This document shows, one piece after another, positions 7,894 through 15,486 of a DNA stretch of 49,201 nucleotides. This DNA is from Chloroflexota bacterium. Lineage in GTDB: Bacteria; Chloroflexota; Dehalococcoidia; Dehalococcoidales; RBG-16-60-22. The notes under the pieces are model-generated. The model had not been told where the DNA came from, made no database searches, and saw only the letters and a program-made list of their open reading frames with translations. The stretch lies in the NCBI GenBank assembly GCA_043818095.1, contig JBDRGD010000104.1, forward strand, positions 1 through 49,201, written 5' to 3'. The position numbers and the translations under genes are program-made. Numbering within the stretch: position 1 is the first letter of the stretch; every line of letters begins with the position of its first letter.

Positions 7894-8484
7894 CTAGGCA
7901 ATCAGGCCGAAAAAATGAAAGACGGCGAGCATGGCCGCCGCGGAAAGCGCCGCCCCCGCCGCCACCTGTGCCGGGGTATGGTGCTCCAGTTCCACACGCG
8001 ACCAGGCCATCACGGGCAGGAGCACCAGGGTAAAAAGAATTCCCGGCACCCGGTACATGATGATAAGCAGCATCAGTGACGCCGCCAGGAAACCGGTGTG
8101 CACACTGATTTTCCACCAGAGATTGATGCACAGATAGAGCCCGATCGCCAGGAGGGCGGTAACGAAAGCGGCCAGAAGCTCCCGCGGCGCGCCGAGGTAG
8201 TACAGTATCCCGATGCTCACCAGGACACAGACACTTGCCAGGAGATAAATCCTGTGCCGCTGCTGGCGGGCGCGGATAAAGATGCCCTCCAGCTTTTCGT
8301 TGTGCACCAGGACCAGGATAACCACCAGCACCGGCAGGATGCTGAAAGCGACGGACAGCAGGGACCACTTGAGCCCCTCTGCGAAGCTGGCGGCGTGGCG
8401 GAAAGAAAGCAGCACAATCATCACCAGACTGATGGAAAAGGGATTGATGATGTCCGAAACCAGCCGCGCGATTTTTCTTCTCAT
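7894..8484 (-). CDS. PAP2 superfamily (phosphatidic acid phosphatase type 2-like) membrane protein
   Basis: Multi-TM protein with the PAP2 C2/C3 motifs ISVHTG and WSRVELEHHTPAQVAAG. The start is set at M45 (MRRKIARL) because the upstream part of the track ORF runs into the palindromic repeat. Confidence 0.75.
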   Translation of the reverse strand: MRRKIARLVSDIINPFSISLVMIVLLSFRHAASFAEGLKWSLLSVAFSILPVLVVILVLVHNEKLEGIFIRARQQRHRIYLLASVCVLVSIGILYYLGAPRELLAAFVTALLAIGLYLCINLWWKISVHTGFLAASLMLLIIMYRVPGILFTLVLLPVMAWSRVELEHHTPAQVAAGAALSAAAMLAVFHFFGLIA

Positions 8485-8592
8485 CGTAGTCAGGCGGGAC
8501 CTGCTGTAAAATCCCCACGCCCATGATACCACAGCATCCCGGAATCCTGCATGTCCCCGGGAGCAGTCTCTTACACAATCCTGGTTGTCGCC

Positions 8593-8668
8593 GTCATTGC
8601 GAGCAAAGCGAAGCAATCCCGTACAAAGGAAAAAGAGATTGCTTCGTCACTACGCTCCTCGCAATGAC
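8593..8668. repeat. Two-tier palindromic REP/MITE-like element, copy 2
   Basis: GTCATTGCGAGCAAAGCGAAGCAATC ... GATTGCTTCGTCACTACGCTCCTCGCAATGAC, located between the divergent PAP2 gene and prfA. Confidence 0.85.
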
Positions 8669-8696
8669 TATCAAGAATGGGAAGAACCCGGCAGTC

Positions 8697-8725
8697 TTGG
8701 CTTTACTCCTGAAGGGCGTTATAAT
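8697..8725 (+). promoter_or_regulatory. Candidate promoter of prfA-prmC
   Basis: TTGGCT (8697-8702), 17 nt spacer, TATAAT (8720-8725), 30 nt upstream of the prfA ATG. Confidence 0.45.
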
Positions 8726-8754
8726 ATTCATGAATAGCCGAAGGATGCGGTACG

Positions 8755-9825
8755 ATGCTGGAACAACTGAAAAAACTCTCCCTTCATTATGAGGAAATCA
8801 GCCTCAAGCTGGCGTCCCCGGAGGTCGCCACCGACCTGCCCAGGCTCCAGGCTCTGGCACGGGAGCGCGCCGAGCTCGAGGGCGTGGTCACCCGCTACCG
8901 GGATTACGAAGCCACCGCCCGCGAGCTTGAGGAGACCAGAGCCATGCTCGCAGAAGGGGGCGACGAGGAGATGACCTCCATGGTCAAGGAGGAACTCACC
9001 ACGCTGGAAGCGAAGCTGGAACGCCAGCACCGTGAACTGACGGCGGCCCTGCTGCCGCGTGACCCTAATGACGCCAAGGACATCATCATGGAAATCCGCG
9101 CGGGGACGGGGGGCAACGAAGCCGCCATCTTCGCCGCCGACCTCTTCCGCATGTACAGTCGCTACGCCCAGGCCAAGAACTGGAAAGCGGAAATCATCAG
9201 CATGAGCGAAAGCGGTAAGAGCGGCATGAAGGAAATCATCTTTGAAATCAGGGGCAAGGGCGCTTACAGTCGATTGAAATACGAGCGGGGCGTGCACCGG
9301 GTGCAGCGGGTACCCATCACGGAGGCTTCCGGGAGGATTCATACCTCCACCGCCACGGTGGCCGTCCTGCCCAAGGCGGAGGAGGTGGACATCGATATCA
9401 GCCCGGACGAACTGAAGTTCGACATTTTTCACAGCGGCGGCGCCGGGGGGCAGAACGTCAACAAGGTGGCCACCGCCGTCCGCGTTACCCACCTCCCCAC
9501 GGGGATGGTTGTGGCCTGCCAGGACGAGCGCTCCCAGCTCCAGAATAAAATCAAGGCGCTCTCCGTCCTGCGCTCCCGCCTGCTGGACATCGAGCGGCGC
9601 AAGCAGGAAGAGCAGATTACCGCGGACCGCCGCGCCCAGGTGGGCACGGGGGAACGTTCCGAGAAGATACGCACCTATAATTTCCCGCAGGACCGCATCT
9701 CGGACCACCGCCTGGGGAAGAACTTTCACAACCTGCCCCGCATTATGGACGGGGAGCTCGACGAGATAATCGGCGAACTGGTTTCCCTGGGCCAGGCGGA
9801 GCAACTCGAGGAATCGCGGATATGA
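8755..9825 (+). CDS. prfA: Peptide chain release factor 1
   Basis: GGQ motif HSGGAGGQNVNKV; RF1-type tripeptide region RVQRVPITEASGRIHTSTATV; typical length of 356 aa. Confidence 0.97.
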   Translation: MLEQLKKLSLHYEEISLKLASPEVATDLPRLQALARERAELEGVVTRYRDYEATARELEETRAMLAEGGDEEMTSMVKEELTTLEAKLERQHRELTAALLPRDPNDAKDIIMEIRAGTGGNEAAIFAADLFRMYSRYAQAKNWKAEIISMSESGKSGMKEIIFEIRGKGAYSRLKYERGVHRVQRVPITEASGRIHTSTATVAVLPKAEEVDIDISPDELKFDIFHSGGAGGQNVNKVATAVRVTHLPTGMVVACQDERSQLQNKIKALSVLRSRLLDIERRKQEEQITADRRAQVGTGERSEKIRTYNFPQDRISDHRLGKNFHNLPRIMDGELDEIIGELVSLGQAEQLEESRI

Positions 9826-10679
9826 GACGCCGGGAAGCCATGACCCGGGCGCGGCGGACCCTGGCGGACGGGGGCATCGCGGAGGCCCCGCTGGAAGCGG
9901 AATTGCTGCTGCGCCACGCGCTGGGTATCGACCGCGCGCAGCTATACACCGAGCCGGATGCCGTCCTCACCCCGGAGCAGGCGGATGATTATCAAAAATT
10001 GTTATTCCGCCGCCACCGCGGCGAACCCTCCGCCTACATCACCGGACACCGGGAGTTCTACGGGCTTGACTTTTATGTCAATCCAGCGGTGCTCATCCCC
10101 CGCCCCGAGACGGAGTTGCTGGTGGCGGAGACCATCGCAATCGCCCGACGGTTTCCCTCCCCCACCGTCGCGGATATCGGCACCGGGTGCGGCGCCATCG
10201 CCATCAGCCTGGCATGGAACCTGCCGTCTGCGGTCATCTACGCCACCGATGTTTCCCCGGAGGCGCTGGCCGTCGCGCAGCGCAATAGCGGGCGGCACGG
10301 CGTCAGTGACCGGGTGCGCCTGCTGCAAGGCGATTTACTGCAACCCCTTCCGGCTCCGGTGGACATCATCGTCGCCAACCTGCCCTACGTGCCCCGGGGA
10401 GAGCTGGAGCGGTTGCCGGACCTCCGCTGCGAGCCCGGAGGGGCGCTGGACGGCGGAACGGACGGCACGGCGCTCATCGCGGAGTTGTGCCGCCGGCTGC
10501 CGGAGAAGCTGAATCCCGGGGGCTGGGCATTGCTGGAAATCGGATTGGGGCAGGCGGAGGCGGTGGCCCGCATTTGCCGGGAAACCTGCCCTGCCGCGCC
10601 CGTGACCGTCTTGCCCGACGGCGCCGGTATCCCCCGCGTCATCCGGTTTCAATTGACGGCGCAAGCCGCACAATGCTAA
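9822..10679 (+). CDS. prmC: Release factor glutamine N5-methyltransferase (PrmC/HemK)
   Basis: ATGA overlap with the prfA stop. SAM motif ADIGTGCGAIAI. The catalytic tetrapeptide region reads IVANLPYV, a variant of NPPY. Confidence 0.9.
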   Translation: MRRREAMTRARRTLADGGIAEAPLEAELLLRHALGIDRAQLYTEPDAVLTPEQADDYQKLLFRRHRGEPSAYITGHREFYGLDFYVNPAVLIPRPETELLVAETIAIARRFPSPTVADIGTGCGAIAISLAWNLPSAVIYATDVSPEALAVAQRNSGRHGVSDRVRLLQGDLLQPLPAPVDIIVANLPYVPRGELERLPDLRCEPGGALDGGTDGTALIAELCRRLPEKLNPGGWALLEIGLGQAEAVARICRETCPAAPVTVLPDGAGIPRVIRFQLTAQAAQC

Positions 10680-10745
10680 AATACCCGTGGTTCGAACGGG
10701 AATAATTACTTTCCCGTGATGTCCACAGAGGGAGGTCCAAGCAGC

Positions 10746-11537
10746 ATGAACACGATTGTCTGCGTGAAACAGGTTATCGACCCCGAAGCCCCGCCCGCCA
10801 GCTTCAAGATTGACGCCGGGAAAAAGCAGGCGGTCATGCAGGGGGCGCCGCCCGTGATTGACCCCTACGGAGAATACGCGGTGGAAGCCTCCCTGAAAAT
10901 CAAGGAAGCGCAGGGCGGCAAGGTAACCGCCGTCAGCCTGGGCAACGGCCTCCTGCGGGAGGTGGTCAAAAAGCCGCTCTCCATGGGGGCGGACGCTCTC
11001 ATACTGCTGGAGGACCAAGCCTTCGTCGGCGGGGACAGCTGGGCCACCGCCCACGCCCTGGCCGCCGCCATCCGGAAAATCGGGGAATATGACCTTATCC
11101 TCTGCGGACGGGAAGCCTCGGACACCAACGCCGGACAGGTGGGCGTGGGCATCGCGGAGATACTGGGGCTGCCCAGCGTAACCCTCGCCAAGAAGATTGA
11201 GATTACCGACGGCAAAGCGAAAGTGGAACGGGTCACCGCGGACGGCTACGAGGTCGTCGAGGTCACCATCCCCGCCGTCATCACCGTCAGCAATGAAATC
11301 GGCGAGCCGCGCTACCCCACGATAAAGGGCATCATGGCCGCCAAGAAAATCGAGCCGGTGGTCTGGAAACCGGCGGACATCGGGGTGGAAAAGACGGGCG
11401 CCGCCGCATCCAGGGCGGAAATGCTCAAGCTCTTCCAGCCGACCCGCGAGGGCAAATGTGAAATCGTCGAAGGGGACAACCCGGAAGACGCGGGCGCCAG
11501 GCTTGCCCTGAAACTCAGGGAAGCCAAGGTTTTCTAG
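10746..11537 (+). CDS. etfB: Electron transfer flavoprotein subunit beta
   Basis: MNTIVCVKQVIDPEAP... is a typical EtfB N-terminus. GAGGGAGG RBS before the ATG at 10746 (M11 of the track ORF). Confidence 0.9.
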   Translation: MNTIVCVKQVIDPEAPPASFKIDAGKKQAVMQGAPPVIDPYGEYAVEASLKIKEAQGGKVTAVSLGNGLLREVVKKPLSMGADALILLEDQAFVGGDSWATAHALAAAIRKIGEYDLILCGREASDTNAGQVGVGIAEILGLPSVTLAKKIEITDGKAKVERVTADGYEVVEVTIPAVITVSNEIGEPRYPTIKGIMAAKKIEPVVWKPADIGVEKTGAAASRAEMLKLFQPTREGKCEIVEGDNPEDAGARLALKLREAKVF

Positions 11538-11575
11538 AGGACCCTTCACCGGGAAATTGAGGAGGTAACCGGAAA

Positions 11576-12568
11576 ATGGCAGGAAAAACAGGCGTAATGG
11601 TATTCTGTGAAATCAACGACGGTAACCTCGCCGCCATCGCCACGGAAGGGCTGGGCATCGGCCGGAAGCTGGCGGACGGGATGGGGCAGGGGCTTGCCGC
11701 CGTTATTATCGGGAACAAAATCGGAGAGTGCGCCCAGGAAGCCATCTCCTACGGCGCGGACCGGGTGCTCGTCGCCGATGACCCCCTGCTCAAGGACTAC
11801 CGCACGGACGCTTATACCGCGGTCCTCGAGAAACTGGTCAAGGAGAACGAACCGCAGGTCGTTATCGTGGGCCACACCGCCACCGGGCGGGACCTGGCAC
11901 CCCGGCTGGCTTTCCGGCTGGGCACCACGGCCACGATGGACTGCATCGACCTGGCGCTGGAAGGCGGTAAGCTGCTCCAGACGAAGCCCATCTACGGCGG
12001 CAACGCCCAGGCGGTCTTCAGCGGCAGCACCTCCCCGCAGGTGGTCACCATCCGCACCAAGGCGATGACACCCCTGGCCGCGGACCAGGGGCGCAAGGGG
12101 GAAATCGTGAAAGCCGCTGCCGGCCTAGACGCCGGCGCCATCCGCACCAGCGTCCTGGAGAAGGTCAAGGAGGAAGTGGAGGGGGTCAAGCTGGAGGACG
12201 CCGAGGTCGTGGTGGCCGGGGGCAGAGGCATCGGCAATGCCGATGGCTTCAAGCAGCTGGAGGACCTGGCGAAACTGCTCAAAGGCGCCATCGGCGCCAG
12301 CCGCCCGCCCTGTGATAACGGCTGGCTCGCAGAAACGCTGCAAATCGGCCTGACCGGGAAAATCGTGGCGCCACAGCTCTATTTCGCCATCGGCATCTCC
12401 GGCTCCAGCCAGCACATGAGCGGCTGCTCCGGTTCCAAGAACATCATCGCCATCAACAAGGACCCGGAAGCCAATATCTTCCGGGAAGCCCGTTTCGGCG
12501 TCGTCGGGGACTGGAAAAAGGTGTTGCCTGCGTTCACCGAGAAGGTAAAGGAGCTGCTGGCCGGGTAG
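11576..12568 (+). CDS. etfA: Electron transfer flavoprotein subunit alpha
   Basis: C-terminal FAD-binding region VVAGGRGIG...LYFAIGISGSSQHMSG; adjacent to etfB. Confidence 0.92.
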   Translation: MAGKTGVMVFCEINDGNLAAIATEGLGIGRKLADGMGQGLAAVIIGNKIGECAQEAISYGADRVLVADDPLLKDYRTDAYTAVLEKLVKENEPQVVIVGHTATGRDLAPRLAFRLGTTATMDCIDLALEGGKLLQTKPIYGGNAQAVFSGSTSPQVVTIRTKAMTPLAADQGRKGEIVKAAAGLDAGAIRTSVLEKVKEEVEGVKLEDAEVVVAGGRGIGNADGFKQLEDLAKLLKGAIGASRPPCDNGWLAETLQIGLTGKIVAPQLYFAIGISGSSQHMSGCSGSKNIIAINKDPEANIFREARFGVVGDWKKVLPAFTEKVKELLAG

Positions 12569-12735
12569 CCGGGTAACCGGGCGATTTGAATTTAGCCCGC
12601 GGACTTGCTATCATTAGATTATTACTTGACTTTTACTTAACAATCGGGGACTATAATGCGATTATAATCCCATTTTAGCTCGCTTCAATATTTTTATTTT
12701 TGTCGTATAACCAACGTGGTATCGAGGTGATTGAG

Positions 12736-13599
12736 ATGAAGAAGATGAAGCTTTTCCGCGTCGTCTGCCTTTTCCTGGCAGCTCTGGCGCTGGCGGTTAC
12801 GCCCGCGGCAGTCTTCGCCCAGGAGCAGCCGCCGCCGGAAGTCGTCATCCAACCAACTTACCCCAGTCTGAAAAACATCGCCGGGGCCAACTTCGAGTTT
12901 GAGGTGTCCCTCAGCTTTTTACGCGGCACCGAGCCGCGCGATTTCGACCTGACCACCTCGGCGCCCCCCGGCTGGGAAGTCTACATGACCCCGCCGTATG
13001 AGAAAGAGAAGAAGGTCACCGCCATCCGGCTGGAGCCTACCTTCTCCGCGCCGCAAAAACTGCGGGTGGTCGCCACCGCCCCCTTCTGGCCCCTGCCCGA
13101 CCCCGGGGACTACCCGATAGGGGTGACCATCTCCTCCGGAGACCTGAAATCCACCGCGAACATGATTGCCAAAATCGAGGCGAAATACATCCTCACCGTG
13201 ATTCCCACCGCGGAAAGGTACAATACCAGGGCCCTGCCTAACCAGGACAATTTCTTCTCTATCGACGTGCATAACCTCGGCACCGCCCCGGTCGAGAACA
13301 TCAAGTTCACCACCACCAAGCCGGACGGCTGGACGATGGACTTCAACCCGGACACCATCGAGACTCTGGACGCCTTCGACAGCCAGACGCTCGAACTAAA
13401 TATCAAGCCGCCCACGGATACCGTCGCCGGGGACTATAATATTACCCTCCGCGCTTCCGGTACCCAGGTAACGGCGAACGAGGTCGCCCTGCGGGTAACC
13501 GTGGAGACGCCCACCATCTGGGGATGGGTCGGCGTCGGTGTCATCGTCGTCGTTGTTGCCGGCCTGATATTCGTCTTCATGCGTTTCAGCAGGCGGTAA
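12736..13599 (+). CDS. Secreted/cell-surface NEW3-like (COG1470-type) protein with C-terminal TM anchor
   Basis: Signal peptide MKKMKLFRVVCLFLAALALAVTPAAVFA; repeated Ig-like segments ending in AGDYxI motifs (DPGDYPIGVTI, VAGDYNITLRA); C-terminal TM WGWVGVGVIVVVVAGLIFVF. RBS GAGGTGA before the ATG at 12736. It sits directly upstream of an ABC ATPase and permease. Confidence 0.7.
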   Translation: MKKMKLFRVVCLFLAALALAVTPAAVFAQEQPPPEVVIQPTYPSLKNIAGANFEFEVSLSFLRGTEPRDFDLTTSAPPGWEVYMTPPYEKEKKVTAIRLEPTFSAPQKLRVVATAPFWPLPDPGDYPIGVTISSGDLKSTANMIAKIEAKYILTVIPTAERYNTRALPNQDNFFSIDVHNLGTAPVENIKFTTTKPDGWTMDFNPDTIETLDAFDSQTLELNIKPPTDTVAGDYNITLRASGTQVTANEVALRVTVETPTIWGWVGVGVIVVVVAGLIFVFMRFSRR

Positions 13600-13601
13600 T
13601 C

Positions 13602-14537
13602 ATGACTGATACTCTCGCCATAGAAACCAAAGACCTCACGAAGAGGTACGACGGGGTGACGGTGGTCGACCGTCTCAATCTCACCATCAAGGAGAACGAG
13701 ATTTTCGGCCTGCTGGGGCCTAACGGCGCCGGCAAGACCACCACCATCCTGATGTTGCTCGGCCTGACCGAGCCGGCGGACGGCACCGTGAAGGTGTGCG
13801 GCTTCAATCCCACCCACGAACCCCTCAAGGTGAAGCGCATCACGGGCTACCTGCCGGAGAACGTGGGCTTCTACGAAAACCTGACCCCCCGGGAAAACCT
13901 CACCTTTATCGCGGAGCTTAACGGCATCAGCTACCAGGAAGCCGGCAGCATGATTGGCGAGGTGCTGAAAACAGTGGGGCTTGAGGAACAGGCTGAGCTC
14001 GCCGTGGGGAAGTTTTCCCGCGGGATGAAGCAGCGCCTGGGCATTGCGGAGGTCCTCATCAAGCGCCCCCGCATCGCCATTCTTGACGAGCCCACCTCCG
14101 GACTCGACCCCAAGGGCATCAACCAGCTCCTGGACATCATCGCCGCGCTGCCCAAGATGGGCACGACGGTGATTCTTTCCTCGCACCAGCTTTACCAGGT
14201 GCAGCGGGTCTGTCACAGCATCGGCATCCTGTCCCGTGGGAAGATGGTCATCGAAGGCTCGCTGGAAGAGTTGAGCCGGGATACCCTGACCGGCGGGAAC
14301 TTCGTCATCGAGGTGGAAACGGAGCAGCCCACGCCGGAGCTGACGGAAACCATCGGCAAAATCGACGGCGTGATTAAAGTAGACGCCAAGGAAAACACCC
14401 TGCTCATCAGCACCAAGGCCGACATCCGGAAGGAAATCTCCAAGGCGATTGTCAACAACAACTTCCCGCTGACGGAGGTAAAGATCCACGAGTTTTCCCT
14501 GGACGATATTTACATGAAGTATTTCAAGGAAGGATAG
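13602..14537 (+). CDS. ABC transporter ATP-binding protein
   Basis: Walker A GPNGAGKTT, signature FSRGMKQRL, Walker B IAILDEPTSGLD. The start is M27 of the track ORF, 3 nt after the upstream stop. Confidence 0.93.
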   Translation: MTDTLAIETKDLTKRYDGVTVVDRLNLTIKENEIFGLLGPNGAGKTTTILMLLGLTEPADGTVKVCGFNPTHEPLKVKRITGYLPENVGFYENLTPRENLTFIAELNGISYQEAGSMIGEVLKTVGLEEQAELAVGKFSRGMKQRLGIAEVLIKRPRIAILDEPTSGLDPKGINQLLDIIAALPKMGTTVILSSHQLYQVQRVCHSIGILSRGKMVIEGSLEELSRDTLTGGNFVIEVETEQPTPELTETIGKIDGVIKVDAKENTLLISTKADIRKEISKAIVNNNFPLTEVKIHEFSLDDIYMKYFKEG

Positions 14538-14546
14538 CAGAGAAAA

Positions 14547-15476
14547 ATGCGCGCGATTTTTCGCAAGGAAATGGCGGACTATTTCAACAGCATCCGCTTC
14601 GTCGTCTTTTTTATCCTGGTGTTCCTTGCGGCGGCGGCGGCGCTCTTCGCCGCCTACCAGGGCATCCGCGGGGCCAATCCGCCGCGGGGCTTCGTCTTTC
14701 TGAGCCTCTTCACCACGTCCGGGCAGTCGCTGCCCTCGCTGGCGTTCTTCCTGAGCATCCTTATCCCGCTCATCGGTATTGCCCTGGGCTTTGACGCCAT
14801 CAACAGCGAGCGGGCGGGCGGCACGCTGAGCCGCATCATGTCCCAGCCTATCTACCGGGACAACGTGATTAACGGCAAGTTCCTGGCGGGACTGACCACG
14901 ATGATCATCATGGTGGCGACGACGATAATGCTGGTCGGCGGTTACGGCCTGCGCATGATTGGCGTCCCGCCCAGCGCTAACGAGATTATCCGGCTTTTTA
15001 TTTTCTTTGTCCTGACGATGGCCTACGGGACGTTCTGGCTGGGACTGGCCATACTGTTTTCCATCACCATGCGCAAGGTAGCGACTTCGCTGCTCATGGT
15101 ACTGGCGGTGTGGCTCTTCTTCAGCTTCTTCATGCTGCTCATCGCGCCGTCAATCGCTAACGCCATGGCGCCGGTCAGCCAGGCAAGCAGCCAGGTGGAA
15201 CTGGTGCGGAACGCGGAGATACAGCAGACCGTCTCCCTCTTCTCCCCCACCACCCTCTATTCCCGCGCGACGGCCGCTTTACTGATGCCGGTGGCGGTGG
15301 GAACGCTGGGGGTCATCACCCCCGCCCAGGTCTCCATGATGCTGCCCAATCCCCTGAACCTGACCCAGAGCCTGGTGCTGGTCTGGCCCTATCTCACCAG
15401 CCTGATAAGCCTGAGCGTCATCTGCTTCGGGGTGAGCTACATCATCTTCATGCGGCAGGAAATCAGGGCCACCTGA
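14547..15476 (+). CDS. ABC-2 type transporter permease
   Basis: 309-aa polytopic membrane protein immediately downstream of the ATPase. The N-terminus MRAIFRKEMADYFNS is typical of ABC-2 permeases. Confidence 0.8.
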   Translation: MRAIFRKEMADYFNSIRFVVFFILVFLAAAAALFAAYQGIRGANPPRGFVFLSLFTTSGQSLPSLAFFLSILIPLIGIALGFDAINSERAGGTLSRIMSQPIYRDNVINGKFLAGLTTMIIMVATTIMLVGGYGLRMIGVPPSANEIIRLFIFFVLTMAYGTFWLGLAILFSITMRKVATSLLMVLAVWLFFSFFMLLIAPSIANAMAPVSQASSQVELVRNAEIQQTVSLFSPTTLYSRATAALLMPVAVGTLGVITPAQVSMMLPNPLNLTQSLVLVWPYLTSLISLSVICFGVSYIIFMRQEIRAT

Positions 15477-15486
15477 AGAACCCCGG

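Noticed and set aside
7823-8578. Upstream 252 codons of track ORF 6302..8578, which would give a 758-aa ComM.
   Set aside because: The extension overlaps the PAP2 membrane protein gene in another frame and is Gly/Pro/Arg-rich. ComM-family proteins are about 500 aa and begin MLA.V. A GGAGG RBS precedes the ATG at 7822.
8485-8616. Upstream 44 codons of track ORF 7894..8616 (MLRFARNDGDNQDC...).
   Set aside because: This part is the translation of the palindromic repeat (8593..8668) and its flank. The internal start MRRKIARL fits a PAP2 membrane protein.
10685-10705. The GGTTCGAACGGG segment upstream of etfB as a possible tRNA fragment or att site.
   Set aside because: Only a TTCGAA core with 4-bp flanking complementarity. 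No acceptor, D or anticodon arms can be drawn around it.
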